Assembly (NCBI GenBank): GCA_051294375.1
Contig: CM119267.1
Coordinates: 16,591,476 to 16,655,475 of the forward strand
Source: Paraspadella gotoi
Lineage: Eukaryota > Animalia > Chaetognatha
Direction: 5' to 3'
DNA length: 64,000 nucleotides
Made by a program: the position numbers and the translations under genes. Position 1 is the first letter of the stretch; the number at the start of each line of letters is the position of its first letter. Below the pieces are notes generated by a model that worked only from the letters and a program-made list of their open reading frames with translations, had not been told where the DNA came from and did no database searches. This document shows, one piece after another, positions 1 to 12,592 of the stretch.

Positions 1-255
1 GGAGGAAGGGGCCAACAGGCGGTGGGGACGCCCCGACTCGACTCGGGCCGTAAATTTTGATGCTTACAATCGAGAAATGGCGATAAATTTGCTTCTTTGT
101 TCTCGATGGATATCGACGCGCTCGGGTTTCCGGCGCGTCTGATATCAGTCGAGAAACAAAAGAGAAATTTATCGCCCATTTCCTCGATTGTAGCCTCAAA
201 TTTACGCCCGAGTCGAGTCGGGGCGTCCCCTACCGCCCTGTTGGCCCCTTCCTCC
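1..255. repeat. Foldback palindrome (about 125-bp arms, centre about 127); may extend left of the window
   Basis: 1-125 (ggaggaaggggccaacaggcggtggggacgccccgactcgactcggg...gatatcgacgcgc) is the reverse complement of about 130-255 (gcgcgtctgatatc...cccgagtcgagtcggggcgtcccctaccgccctgttggccccttcctcc). The arms differ mainly by single-base indels. Confidence 0.95.
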
Positions 256-1138
256 GCTTCCCCGCAGGCCCGCGCCAAATTCTTCCCCCCTCTCGAACCG
301 GAATCCCCACCGGCACTTTGGAGAATACACTGCTTGCTAGGTATTTCCTGGGCCTCTCTTTGTTATTTGGAACTTTTTTCTTACAAGACATTAAATGATT
401 TCTTTATTTTCGTCCTTTTTGTAATATTATTCTTTTCCCATTACTCGTCTTTTGATCTTATATTAATTATGATTTTTTTGCCATTATTTTTCATTAGATA
501 TATACTTGTTCCATTTTCTTTCAACACTTATAATCTAAGTTAGTCTTAGTTAAGTAAAGTCAATTTAAGTAAAATCCATTTTTGTTCTCTCTCTCTCTTC
601 CCGTTCACCCACAATCTGCCTTACCCTTTCCCTTACCCTTTATCAATTCCTTTATCTTAGTCTTTTCTTTCTCCCCCCAAAATGAATCCTTCTCACCCCC
701 GCAGTTTGCAACGCCTTCCAACATTTTTATTCCCTTTTTCTTTGTTTTTAGACGTAACGAAATTTCTCGGTCGTCACAACCCGGGAGAGAGAGAGAAAGA
801 GAGAGTGAGAGAGAGTGAGAGGGGGACGGGAAGAGAAAGAGAGAGAGAAAGGGGGAAAAGAGAGATAGAAATTTTTTTTTTTTTTTTCTGAAATAAAAAA
901 GACAATTTGACAATTAAGACAATAAGAAGATTAAACGATTAAACGATGAGTATTGAGCAAGAAAAATTGCACTAATGGCACTAAAAATAAAATTCAAACA
1001 ATTAAGGATCATTGCGGACAAGATAGAAAAAGATAGTGAGAGAGACAGGAAACGAGAAAGAGAGAAAGAGTGGCAAAATGTTAGTGATTGAACTTTCGAT
1101 AAACCGGGCCACAGAGGGAGCAAGAGAGTGGGGGAAAT

Positions 1139-1259
<121 letters not shown>

Positions 1260-1809
1260 AAACGAGATTCTAGATCTGATTAGGATAACTCAAGAAAGAT
1301 TTCTGTTTATCCCTTATCTTTTGTTATTGGTGGCGAGAAGTAAACAGTCGAATGATCCCGTTGATGAGCTGCGTGGGATCAGATTGAGATAGAGTAAGAA
1401 AACACACTGTAAATTATCAATTTACCATGCGTTACTTTGGAGCCGGAGTAAAATTTTGCGTAAATTTTAGGTTCTTCCGAAAAACATGTCACACAATCTG
1501 TGTTAATCTAAAATAAACCTGTGCTTCCTTTCATGATAAACTTAGCCGGTTTTGAGGTTGTCGCTACCGTCTCCCACAACAAATTAAAGCAACTTACCTA
1601 TTAACTATTATTAACTTACCATCCAGCAAAGACTCATCGCCAACTCACCCTCTCTCGCATTTCAACCCCGACCAAAGAAGAACTTTCCATCCTCTTACCT
1701 CTCATTCTGTTTACATCGCGAAGCTGCGGAGTTTTTGAGTTATGATTGGAACAAACACAAGATTTGACGCTCGTAGTTTTTGTTTTGAGAGACAATCAAC
1801 GGAGAAGTC

Positions 1810-1905
1810 GGCTTCGTCGGCTTCGTCGTCGTCGTCGGCGTCGTCGTCGGCGTCGTCGTCGTCGTCGTCGTCGTCGTCATCTTTGTTGTCGACGTCGTCG
1901 TCATC
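1810..1905. repeat. Imperfect (GTC)n trinucleotide tract
   Basis: tcgtcgtcgtcggcgtcgtcgtcg...; produces the poly-Asp of ORF 1711..1986(-). Confidence 0.92.
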
Positions 1906-2260
1906 ATAGCCGGTGAAGACAGGCCCCGCCACCAGCGGTGTTGTTTTTGTAATTATTTTTGTTGTTGTTTTTTTTTCTGACGTCACTGTTGTAAAAGTTA
2001 TCCGCGTAAGAATTGGTGGCGGAAATCTAATCTACTAAAAAATACCTGATAAACTTACCAATTTTTATATCATTGAGTGAATCGGGTTTTTTTTCTACTT
2101 GACATATAAATATCTTGCTTAATGTTGAAATTTGTAGTTGTATTGTATTGTATGGTAGGCTTTTTTTCTTCTGGGAGATAAACTCTGCTTAGAAACTGCG
2201 CCGGAAAATGACGATTCCGAAAACCTGGCGTTGTGGAATGATAATAACAACCACCATCTT

Positions 2261-2295
<35 letters not shown>

Positions 2296-3834
2296 NNNNN
2301 NNNNNNNNNNNNNNNNNNNNNNNNNNNNNNNNNNNNNNNNNNNNNNNNNNNNNNNNNNNNNNNNNNNNNNNNNNNNNNNNNNNNNNNNNNNNNNNNNNNN
2401 NNNNNNNNNNNNNNNNNNNNNNNNNNNNNNNNNNNNNNNNNNNNNNNNNNNNNGGGGGGGGGTTACTGATAACATCCTACCATATCTTTTGTAAAGATTG
2501 AGATTATTTGAATTTTTATTTTGTTGTAGATCTTGGATCTTATTTTTAGTTTCCCACTCGTCAATTGCTGAAACAAGTCTCAAGCTGTGAGAGAATAGGG
2601 AATGACGAATTGACGAGACTTCATAATTCAGCAAAGTTAAAATTTAATTAACCAAAATTCGACGAAGCATTTAATTCACTAAAATTATAATTGACCAAAA
2701 CCAATTGTATGTTTTTTTTGCCATATAAAACGCACCCACGAAACATAAATATTATCCTCTTCGACACGAATGTCAGTACCCTCCCCTTACGCTGCCTCAG
2801 CGCCTCCGTCTCCGCCTCATCCCCCGCCTCCGCAGCAGCAGCCGCCGCTTTCTCCGCTTCCGCCGCCAAAATTGACGTCGTTGACTGCGCCTCTCAAGAG
2901 TTTTCCTTCGGCGTTTATTCCTGTTTGGGATCGCGATTTTGTCAGTCGAGGAATTGGATTCCGCCTCCTGTTTTCTTTTTTCTTTCTTTCTTTCTTTCTT
3001 TCTTTCTTTCCCGCTTTCATTTTTTTTCTCTCATTTTCTTTTCCGCTTTTTTTATTTTCTCTTTCTTTTTCCATTTTTCGGTCGTTTTATTTTGGTTTCG
3101 GTTATTTTTCTTTCAAGTTTTTCCCATATTTTTTCCCAAAAAATTTTCTTTCGATTTATTTTCTCATCTTTAATTTTTTTTTTCATCACTTCAACATTTC
3201 TTCTCTCGGTTTGACTAAAAGTTTCAATATTTACTTTATTATAGTCAGAATTTATTTATTCTTAGGATCGTTGACACGTTTTTATTCGAGTAGATGCGAA
3301 TCACTAGCAGTTTTCCGCATTTATTTCTTTTCTCTTTATCTCTTCCTCTAGTTTTTTTTTTCAAATTTAAACTATTTGTAGTAACTAAATTCTGTAACTT
3401 TTCTTCCCTCCTTTTTTTCTCGTTTTCTATTATTTTTATTATTATTCGACAAGATCCTTCGCCTTTGTCTTTCGTTTCTGTTTTCGCGACGCGATTTTCC
3501 AAGTTNNNNNNNNNNNNNNNNNNNNNNNNNNNNNNNNNNNNNNNNNNNNNNNNNNNNNNNNNNNNNNNNNNNNNNNNNNNNNNNNNNNNNNNNNNNNNNN
3601 NNNNNNNNNNNNNNNNNNNNNNNNNNNNNNNNNNNNNNNNNNNNNNNNNNNNNNNNNNNNNNNNNNNNNNNNNNNNNNNNNNNNNNNNNNNNNNNNNNNN
3701 NNNNNNNNNNNNNNNNNNNNNNNNNNNNNNNNNNNNNNNNNNNNNNNNNNNNNCGGATGTGAGAACATTTTTTTTACGGACCATCGACCCGATTCCACTC
3801 AACGAGGTTCACAACTCGCGGTAACAACCGGCAT

Positions 3835-3979
3835 CACGAAGAGCCTCATCACGAAGAGCCTCACGAAGAGCCTCACGAAGAGCCTCACGAAGAGCCTCAC
3901 GAAGAGCCTCACGAAGAGCCTCACGAAGAGCCTCACGAAGAGCCTCACGAAGAGCCTCACGAAGCCTCACGAAGAGCCT
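3835..3979. repeat. 12-bp minisatellite (CACGAAGAGCCT) x12
   Basis: 11 exact units plus one 10-bp unit (cacgaagcct, 3958-3967). A CAT triplet is inserted after unit 1. Confidence 0.97.
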
Positions 3980-3981
3980 CA

Positions 3982-4135
3982 TCACGCCATTGCGTCATAA
4001 CTTTGTCGATGACTCACGCTGCTACCCCATCAATTCCTCGATGGCTCACGTCAGCGCGCCATCATTCCATTCGATGTCTCACGTCACTGCGCCATCACTT
4101 TGTCGATCCCTAACTCACGCCACAGCATCAATGCT
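3982..4135. repeat. Degenerate 32-36 bp tandem repeat, about 5 units
   Basis: Units start TCACG and contain (c)catca...tcgat: tcacgccattgcgtcataactttgtcgatgac / tcacgctgctaccccatcaattcctcgatggc / tcacgtcagcgcgccatcattccattcgatgtc / tcacgtcactgcgccatcactttgtcgatccctaac / tcacgccacagcatcaatg. Confidence 0.8.
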
Positions 4136-4383
4136 CCACTTTTTCGTCGGGAATGTTTTCGCCGCGCCATTCACGCCAGATCCGGCGGCGATAAAAAGAA
4201 AGAGAGTTGATTGGCTGAATTGGCGAATTCCGTCAACCGATTCGGGATTTTTTTTCAATTTTTTGACGAACGAAAAGAAAAGAAAAAACTAAAGCGAAGA
4301 AGGCCTCAATTTTCTTTTCCTTTTCTTTTTTCTTTTCTTCGGGTTCAAACTCATGAATACGCGATGCGACAAGACGCCCTTTC

Positions 4384-4385
<2 letters not shown>

Positions 4386-4415
<30 letters not shown>

Positions 4416-4446
4416 GCCGCCGCCACCGCCACCGTAACCGCCGCCG
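4386..4446. repeat. (GCC)n/(ACC) trinucleotide tract
   Basis: gccgccgccgcc...accgccgccgccaccgccacc. Confidence 0.92.
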
Positions 4447-4699
4447 GGACGGGCCTCCGTTCTGCCCGTAATTGTAACGGAGCATAACCCATTCAATTGC
4501 CAGACGAATCTTTGCGCGGACAATAGGGGGAGGGGAAAAATAAAGACAAATTACGTCCGGGCGGCGACTCTCTCTCATCTCTCTCTCTCTCCATCTCAGA
4601 TCTCTCTCTCTCTCTTTCATAACAATTTTTTTCATCCTTGACTGACTTTGATTTTCCGTTGAATTAGCTGAAGAATAACAGAACGCCGATATGTTGTTT

Positions 4700-4769
4700 T
4701 TTCCTTCTTTCTTTCTTTCTCTCTTTCCTTCTTTCTTTCTTTCTTTCTTTCTTTATTTCTTTCTTTTTT

Positions 4770-4850
<81 letters not shown>

Positions 4851-4862
4851 TTTTTTTCTTTC
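4700..4862. repeat. (TTTC)n microsatellite
   Basis: Long ctttctttcttt run, source of the FFLS ORF. Confidence 0.95.
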
Positions 4863-5089
4863 CTACTTATTTCTCCGTCTTATTTTTCCTTTTCCTTAAA
4901 AAAAACCCCTTCGCCGATGAATAACGCGCCATGAGAGGTGAAGAAGGACACCTAACGTAAACAAGAAAAGCTGAGAGAGAAAACAAAAGATCGTAAAAAG
5001 AAAAAAAGGAAGTCTCCGAGATATGTAGAAGCGAGAGAGGAGAAAGGAAAGAGAGAGAGAGGAGAGAGAGAGAAAGAGAAAGAGGAGGA

Positions 5090-5174
<85 letters not shown>

Positions 5175-5336
5175 GAGCAGAGAGAGAGAAAGCAAAGAGA
5201 GTGAGAGGACTTAATGAGGAAGAGAGAGGTAAAAAATTCGTAAATCCAATTTTCGTGGCTTCCACTTGATTCCCAATGCTTTTCTCGGTCACCCATCTGG
5301 GATCTGCGGAAAATTTTTTTCTTTCTCCCTCTCACT

Positions 5337-5389
<53 letters not shown>

Positions 5390-6938
5390 CTCTCTCTCTC
5401 TCTTCTCGTCTCTCGGTCTCTCTCTCTCCTCTCGCTCTTATTCGTCGTGAGGAAGGAAAAAAAACATGGACGGCAGGGTAGGGATGTTGGAAAGGTATTT
5501 AAGCTTCGGTTGAGCGGGCATGGAACCGTGACGGTTTCCGACTGTGCGTGAACAGTTTTTTTGGACAATAAAAGGTGGGAATTGGATTAGTAGGCCAGTT
5601 CGTAGAAATTTTAAACATTGACAGTTTAAAAAATTAAAAATCCTCAAAGCACAAATATTCCGACAAAAAAAAATATAAAAGTGTATTCTTATTACTCATT
5701 TTTAATATTTTCATCTTTTATTGATTACTTCCTCACTTCTTGCTTACCTCTTGATTAGGTTCACCTAAATATTTAGTTTTTTTTTCTCTCTTTTTTTTTC
5801 TCCTTCCAAGTATCCTAGGTCATGGTTTGCTATTTTGTTTCCCCCTCCAACTTTTCCCGCCTCGTTTCTATTTCGGAAATTTTTTTAAACCTTTCATTCT
5901 TCTATTTTTTTTTTCTTCTTCATTTCTATATCTTCCATTTCTTCTTTCTTTTCTTTTCCTTTCTTTCTTTTTTTTTCTTTCTTCTCATTTTTCCGCGTTG
6001 TTGTGACGACAAATTCATAATCCGTCTTCCGAGGGAGAGAGGGCGTTCTCCTCGCCCGAATTCAAGAATTTAATTTCCTCGTAATTTTCACTTTATTTTT
6101 TTTTTTTTTTTTCAGTTTTCGCACTTTTTAGGTTTTTGGGTTAGTTTGTTTTTGTTTTGGCGCGGGGACGGTGTTTAATTTTTATTTTTTTCATTTCTTT
6201 AGGGGTTTTCAAAGGAGCAAAAAAGCCCGACTCGGATTCCGACCTCAAATTATTTTGGTTTTTTTTTCTGAATCTTAGAAACGCTGTTGGAATTTAAACG
6301 TTGACGAAGGCACGCCCTTTGCGCGTCAAAACGGCGGTTACAGATCGATCATTTAAAAAAAAAGTCGTTACCGTTACTCCTTCCGCTTTGCATCAATGTC
6401 GCACTTACTGTAACAGCCTTACAACTAACAAACGATTTCGACATTTATTATCAAGCTTAAATTCCCACTGCGTTCCGCGTGCTGACTTTGAGTATGATAC
6501 TAACAATGTTGTTTTTTTATTTACGCTCGTTTTTAGTTCACACACAGACTTTTAATATCACGCTCAAAACAAGAATCACGCTAATCTTTGCGAAAGTAAC
6601 GTTCGATTGGCGGCCCGTGGACTTTTAATGTGAGACCCAGATCGTTTTAATACCGACGCGAACTCAACGTTACTTTGGCAATCGGCACACACGCTGATTT
6701 CTAAGGTCAACAAACGTCGTTGGCATTAACCATCGTCATCGTCGTCGTCGTCGTCGTCGCATGGCTTCTCTATTTGAGCCAGTCTTTCACTTTTTAACCT
6801 TTTATCTGAAGTCCAATGACCTTTTGTAAAATGGTCCACGATGCAAATATCACCCAAAGTTTCGATGGATTCGTTGCCTGCGTAAGCATTTTGCTTTTTG
6901 TCATAAAAGTTTTCAAAACTTCTCAGTGGAACTTGGGT

Positions 6939-6973
<35 letters not shown>

Positions 6974-7059
6974 TCTCTCTCTTCTCTCTATCTCTCTCCT
7001 CTCTCATCTCTCCTCTACTTCCTCTCTCTCTCCCTTCCGTCTCCCCTCATAACCACCCC

Positions 7060-8714
7060 ATCGGCAGGGTCGACGCGTTTTTACCTGAAAATTTACGCCT
7101 TAAATCTTAATCACCTGAAATCGAAAACCTGCATTAAACGTAATTTTAAGGGGAGGGAGAGAGAAGACGTAGGAAAGAGAGAGAGAAAGGAGGAGAGAGA
7201 GAGGAGGAGCAGAGAGAGAAGAGCAGAGAGAGAGAGAGAGAAGAGAGAGAGAAAAGAGAGAGAGAAGAGAGAGAGAGAGAGAGAAGAGAGAGAGAGATAA
7301 GAGGCAAATTAAAGTCAAGTCAAAAAACTGAAGAAAGGATGAAAACGCGGACAAAAGAGTTCCCCCTCTGAGATTTAGACGTTACGGGAATAAGACGCCT
7401 TTTTTTAAAAAAAAAAGTAAGGGATCTTGCTGCGGGGAGGCGCGGTCGGGTACTGGGTAGGGAAATTTTGAAACTTCAAGATAGCGGGAGAAGGCGAGGG
7501 TAGATTTGAGAAAAGGTTTGGGGTTTTAAAAAAAATACGAAGGCCGCGGGCGATGGTATATAGTATCTTACTTGTTCGGGCCCGAGGGCGGGAAAAAGTT
7601 TTCTTTCCCCCCTCTCATTTCTTTTGAAGAATCGGGGTGGGGAAAGAAATGTGTGAGATTCTTAAGACTTTATCGTCTTAATTATAGGATTGAATAGCTG
7701 GAAAAGTGACAAAAGGAAACCCGAGTCTGAATTAAAGGTGTGAGGCCCGTCTCTCTAATCCCCCTCCAGCATCTGGACCAAAAGATTGGATATTTTTTTC
7801 GCAAGAGAATTTGTGGAGTTTTTTTTGAGGGTTTTTCCTTAATTTTCGGGCGAAGAAAAGTTGTTTTAAGAAAATTTTTCAATTGTATTTTTGAAAACTA
7901 AAAGAAAAAAGGTGGAGGAGATCAAGAAGACGAAAGGAGTTTAATGAAAGTGTTTTTCTTATTATTTTTAAAGTCATTTATTCAATTTAACATACTTTTT
8001 CCTGCAACCCGAACTAATTAGCTACTAATTTTTTTTTAATTGACTTCTCATTCGTTATTTATTTGTTCTTAAAACTCGACTTTCGTTAACCTAACGTGGT
8101 TGTTCTTTAACAACACGAAACATTTTTTCCTTGACCATAGAACCCTACCCGTTCTCGTCCGACGGACAATTAGTCCTCGTTGCTGTTCTTAAGTCGTCGT
8201 TGGTCAGAACCGTGGGGTTTTTCGTCACCGGACTTTTCGTTTCTCGGGCCGCCTCCGCGCGAAAGGAAAAGACTTCCGCTCGCAACACAAATAACGTTTT
8301 TAAAAATCTCATTATTATAGTCCTGGTATATTGTCTTCAGATATTCGCAAGGTAAAAACCCTATTAGTTTTCTTATTGTTTCTTTCAGTGATATTATATA
8401 GTAACCTCTAATTGTAATTTTTTTAAAAAATATATTTAAGTAAACTGTTTAAACTACGATATATATTAGTCTTGTACGAAGTTTCCTGATGGTTATTGAA
8501 TTTTCATTAGTTCTATCTCCGTTCTCGTCGAAATTTTTTTTTAATCCGCTATTTCCGTAGTATTTACTTTTTTTTATAACAATTAATTTATCTTTTATTA
8601 TCCTGTTTTTCTTTCTTTTTTTTTATAAGCATTCACGGCCGCCATCGCGCCGTTTTTGTTTCCTGGCGCCGAACGGTACCTGTCAGGCTCGCAGGTGGCG
8701 AGAGAAGAACGAAG

Positions 8715-8782
<68 letters not shown>

Positions 8783-8940
8783 GAGAGAAAGATGAGTAGA
8801 GGAGAGAGAGAGAGAGAAGAGGAGGAGATCGTGTCTTGGTAATAATATCCCATTTCAAATTACGGTGAAAGCTTCCTCGAGAACGAACATAAAAGATCGA
8901 GAGAGTATATTCTTTTCTTTTTTCTTTCATTTTTTTTTTT
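7060..8940 (+). repeat. Segment A copy 1 (about 1.9 kb); direct copy at about 12340-14155
   Basis: Shared anchors: cagggtcga(a)cgcgttttt, gggtactgggtaggga, ccagcatctggaccaaaagattgg, gttcttaaaactcgactttcgttaac, ccgctatttccgtagtatttac, aaagatcgagagagtat. Confidence 0.95.
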
Positions 8941-9010
8941 TAAATTTTAATTTTTCGAATTCCTGATAGATTCGACAGAACCGAGTGAGGAGGAGGAAGA
9001 GGACGAGGAC

Positions 9011-9169
9011 GAGATAACGAAGTCACGGGAAGAGCGAAAGAGGAGGAAGAGGAGGAAGAAAAGAGGACATCTGTAGCTTTGGGGTCGTTTCGGCATGAGA
9101 AGAGAGAGAGAGAGAGAGAGAGGAGAGAGAAGAGGAGAGAGAGGAGAGAGAAGAGAGAGAGAGAGAGAG

Positions 9170-9214
<45 letters not shown>

Positions 9215-9397
9215 CAAGAGAGGGAAGAGAGGAGAGAGCTGCAACACAAACAACTTGGGTTAATCACGGGAACGCGGACGAAAGATTTCGTGTAATCGGG
9301 GCGAATGAAAACAAACCGATTCTGTGGTTCTCGGTGTGTGGGGATCGAGGGGAACGAAAGACATTGGCTAAGATGATCGTCTCTCTCTTTCTCTCTC

Positions 9398-9434
<37 letters not shown>

Positions 9435-9449
9435 TCTCTCTCTCCTCTT
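9011..9449 (+). repeat. Segment B; inverted copy at about 14360-14790, partial inverted copy at about 11970-12190
   Basis: gataacgaagtcacgggaagagcg...gggaacgcggacgaaagatttcgtgtaa...ggcgaatgaaaacaaaccgat matches the reverse complement of atcggtttgttttcattcgcc...tacacgaaatctttcgtccgcgttccc...cgctcttcccgttgacttcgttatc. Confidence 0.92.
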
Positions 9450-9474
9450 NNNNNNNNNNNNNNNNNNNNNNNNN

Positions 9475-11595
9475 ATCGCGTTCGTCGCTCATGCTGTTCT
9501 CCATTAACGGTTTGCCGCCAGCGAACTGAAGCATCTGATACCCAAAATTCCCCTCTTTCTTTGTCCTCTCAAGAAGTAGGGATTACACTTTTATCGCGCA
9601 TGAGAATCCGGAACCGGTAACCCAAAGATCATTATGATTAAGACTAAGGACGCACGTGGAAGGGGACGAACGACGACGATCGACGACGAGCGACGAACAG
9701 ACGATGCACGACAGCTCAGTGGATCCTTCCCGTCTCGCCGGTTACACAGTCCAGGATAGAACAGAGATCGTGGGAACAAAGAAAATAAAGAACTAGAAAG
9801 CCACTTGTCTCCCTTCCGACGCTGCAGAGACCGAGAGGGAAAAGAATTCTTTCTTTTTCTTTTTTTTGTTAAATTCATTCATTACTCATTTTCGTTGGTT
9901 TTAAAGCTTTCAAATAATGGCAAATGAAATGTATCTTTGCCCATGGCTATGTCCATTAATGTACATTCCTAAAAGTTTAATGAGTATCAGATTTCGCGCT
10001 ATATTATTTATGATTGAGCCCCGGCGTGTTAAAAAAAAAATTAAATCCTTCTACAAATGATTTATATTGAGTACTCATTCTAAAACAACTCCAGGAAGTC
10101 GTCTCTGTGTCCCTTACGATATCCTACTTAACAGATTTAAACAACACTCGAAAACTTTTTATAGAGGCTTGAACTTATATGTTTTTCTCAAGTAATGCTT
10201 CTGATTTAAAAATCTTAACCGAGTGTCGAAAGAACAGAAATCTGACCCGACGGCGACCTATTTAGAGTAATTTAAACCAACCCGTTGCCGCTGAAAAAAA
10301 TATAACAACATAAAACGTCTGTCACCACTTTTTCAACTCTTCAATGTGACTCCATTTTTTTCTCCCCTATCACTTTGTCTCGATTTTTTTTTTTTTCTTT
10401 GACCTCATCGATTTATTTCTTCACACTCCTATGCGCACCTGTCTATTTTTCTCGACTCTTGTTTCTTTCTTAAAATTTCTCCGCGCTCCCCCACCTTCAC
10501 TTTTTAAATCCCAGCCGCATGCCACTGCCACAATTCTTATTCTTTATTTATTTTTCTTATCTTCTCGGTTAAGATTTTCTTTCATTTTATTTCATTCGGA
10601 TCTTTTTTTCTCTCGTTTCTCTTTTCACTCTCCCCTTTTTCAATCGAAGCATTTCTCTATTCTGCATCATACTGTTGGTCTTAACCACCTTTCATCATTT
10701 TTGGCAATACTCGTTTTATTTGTTCTCATACGTTGTAACCTCTTTGGAAAACATTTTTCCTTCTTCCATTGGAATTCTTATTCACCTTCGTATTAATTTC
10801 CCCTCAACCGCTCAACCGCACAATCGCTCAGTTTTTCCAAACCGTTCCTGCCTGCCCCCCCACCTACAGTTTACTTCAAACCCCACCCCCGCCATTCTCA
10901 TCCCTTGTTAAGTCTTAACCTTACTCCTCCAGGTTAATTTCTTATCTTCCCCTTCAACAATGTTTTTCTCTCTTCGGACTCCTTTGTCTTCTTTTTTTCC
11001 TTGAGCGCAAAAGGATATTTGACTCCGGATGAAGCGCACGAGGGTAAGCAAATGCTTTTTTTATCTGCGACCAGTTTGACAAGGAGATGAAGAAGGTGCT
11101 CAAGGTACGTCTGTCTCGGCGTCGTCGTCAACTCCGTCGTCCCTGATTGGTCGCTCGTTACTTCATCACTGCCTTTCAGCAAAATTTCGTTTCTCTGATC
11201 TCATCTGTGCGCCCATGCCTCCCATTGTCATCCATCGACATCAACTGTCATTAGCTCTGTCTGTCATCGAATGCTTCTCTTAACCCCCGCTGGAGTCAAT
11301 CGACCCTGCCGCCCGATGATCTACGACCCAGCAAAGGGATCACTCGCCACGCACACTTGAGGTGTGTATGTCACTGTCCGCAAAAATCACATATCCCCCA
11401 CGGCCACCCCCACACCCCCCCCCGAGACCCTAGCGCGCCTCTTCCCCCCCCACCCAATCGCTCACGGACGTTTTCGCGAGACCCGTTCCGTGGAGATACT
11501 TTATCTCGTCGTTCGTTCGTCGTTCGTTCCGTTCGGACTCCGAGGTTGCTAATCTGGTTACAGATGCTGTGCGTTTGTTTTTCTCTCGTGTTCAA
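9475..11595 (+). repeat. Segment C (about 2.1 kb, insertion-rich); inverted copy at 14816-16547
   Basis: Start atcgcgttcgtcgctcat matches rc of atgagcgacgaacgcgat (ending 16547). Internal anchors include ctcgaaaacttttt/aaaagttttcgag, tttgacctcatcgattt/aaatcgatgaggtcaaa and gttctcatacgttgtaac/gttacaacgtatgagaac. Confidence 0.93.
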
Positions 11596-11604
11596 AAATA
11601 CGAT

Positions 11605-12190
11605 CGGAAATGGCACCTTTAATTTGCGACGAAGAGTTGGTGTTGTCGGATCCGATGGTCGGCTTCGAAGTCAACCGCTCGGGCTCCCGGTATCTAAGGT
11701 CGCGATCTTGTCTCGATCTTAGCCTCTTTTTTCTTTTTTTTTTTTTTATTGTGTGTGTGCGATTCGATTCGTCCGATCCGGAGCCTTATAAAAAGTATAA
11801 CCCTTTTAACTCTCATTCTCGTGTGTGACGGGCACGCATGAGAGAGAGGCAGAGAGAGATAGATAGAGAGAGAGATTAGAAGAGTGACGTCGAGCTCTGC
11901 AGGCGTAGTAGGAGATTGGAGACTCGTGAGAAACAGCGGTAGGAGCACTGAGGAGGATGAGAGAGATGTATGAGAGGATCATTCTTACAGGCCAATGGTA
12001 CCTCCCGCGCCACGTACGTTGCTGATTCCGTTCCTCCTCGCAGTCTCGATACTAAATACTCCCCACACACCGAGACGGAACCACAGAATCGGTACTTGTT
12101 TTCATTCGCCCGACAAAAACTTACACCGAAAATCTTTCGTCCGGCGTTCCCGTTTAAATTACCCAGTAGCTTTGTGTTTGTTGTTTGCAG
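11605..12190 (+). repeat. Segment D plus part of B', heavily insertion-inflated; direct copy at about 14160-14560
   Basis: cccggtatctaag(g)tcgcgatcttg, gttttcattcgccc and aaatctttcgtccg occur in both. This copy is about 590 bp versus about 400 bp. Confidence 0.85.
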
Positions 12191-12207
12191 CTCTCTCTCT
12201 GCTCTCT

Positions 12208-12274
<67 letters not shown>

Positions 12275-12339
12275 CTCTCTCTCCTCTCCTTCTCTCTCTC
12301 CTCTCTCTCTCTACTCTCTCTCTCTCCAAGTCCTATACC

Positions 12340-12533
12340 CGGTCAGGGTCGAACGCGTTTTTTACCATGAAATTTAACGCCTTAAATCTTAATCACCGCT
12401 GAAAGTCGAAACCTGCATTAAACGTAATTTAAGGGGAGGGAGAGAGAAAGACGTAGGAAGAGAGAGAGAGAAAGAGAGAGAGAGAGAGGAGGACAGAGAG
12501 AGAGCAGAGAGAGAGAGAGAGAAGAGATGAGAG

Positions 12534-12592
<59 letters not shown>

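Noticed and set aside
1711-1986. Acidic poly-Asp ORF (minus strand)
   Set aside because: Explained by a (GTC)n tract of a type common across the window; no homology signal.
3835-4135. Regular repeats considered as a CRISPR-like array (also 63148-63365)
   Set aside because: Units are contiguous with no unique spacers, there are no cas genes, and the context is eukaryotic.
11280-11315. ttaaccccc...gagtcaatcgaccc resembling a piggyBac-like terminus, with an inverted match at about 15045-15069
   Set aside because: The inverted partner is just part of the segment C duplicate, not a terminal inverted repeat pair, and there is no transposase.
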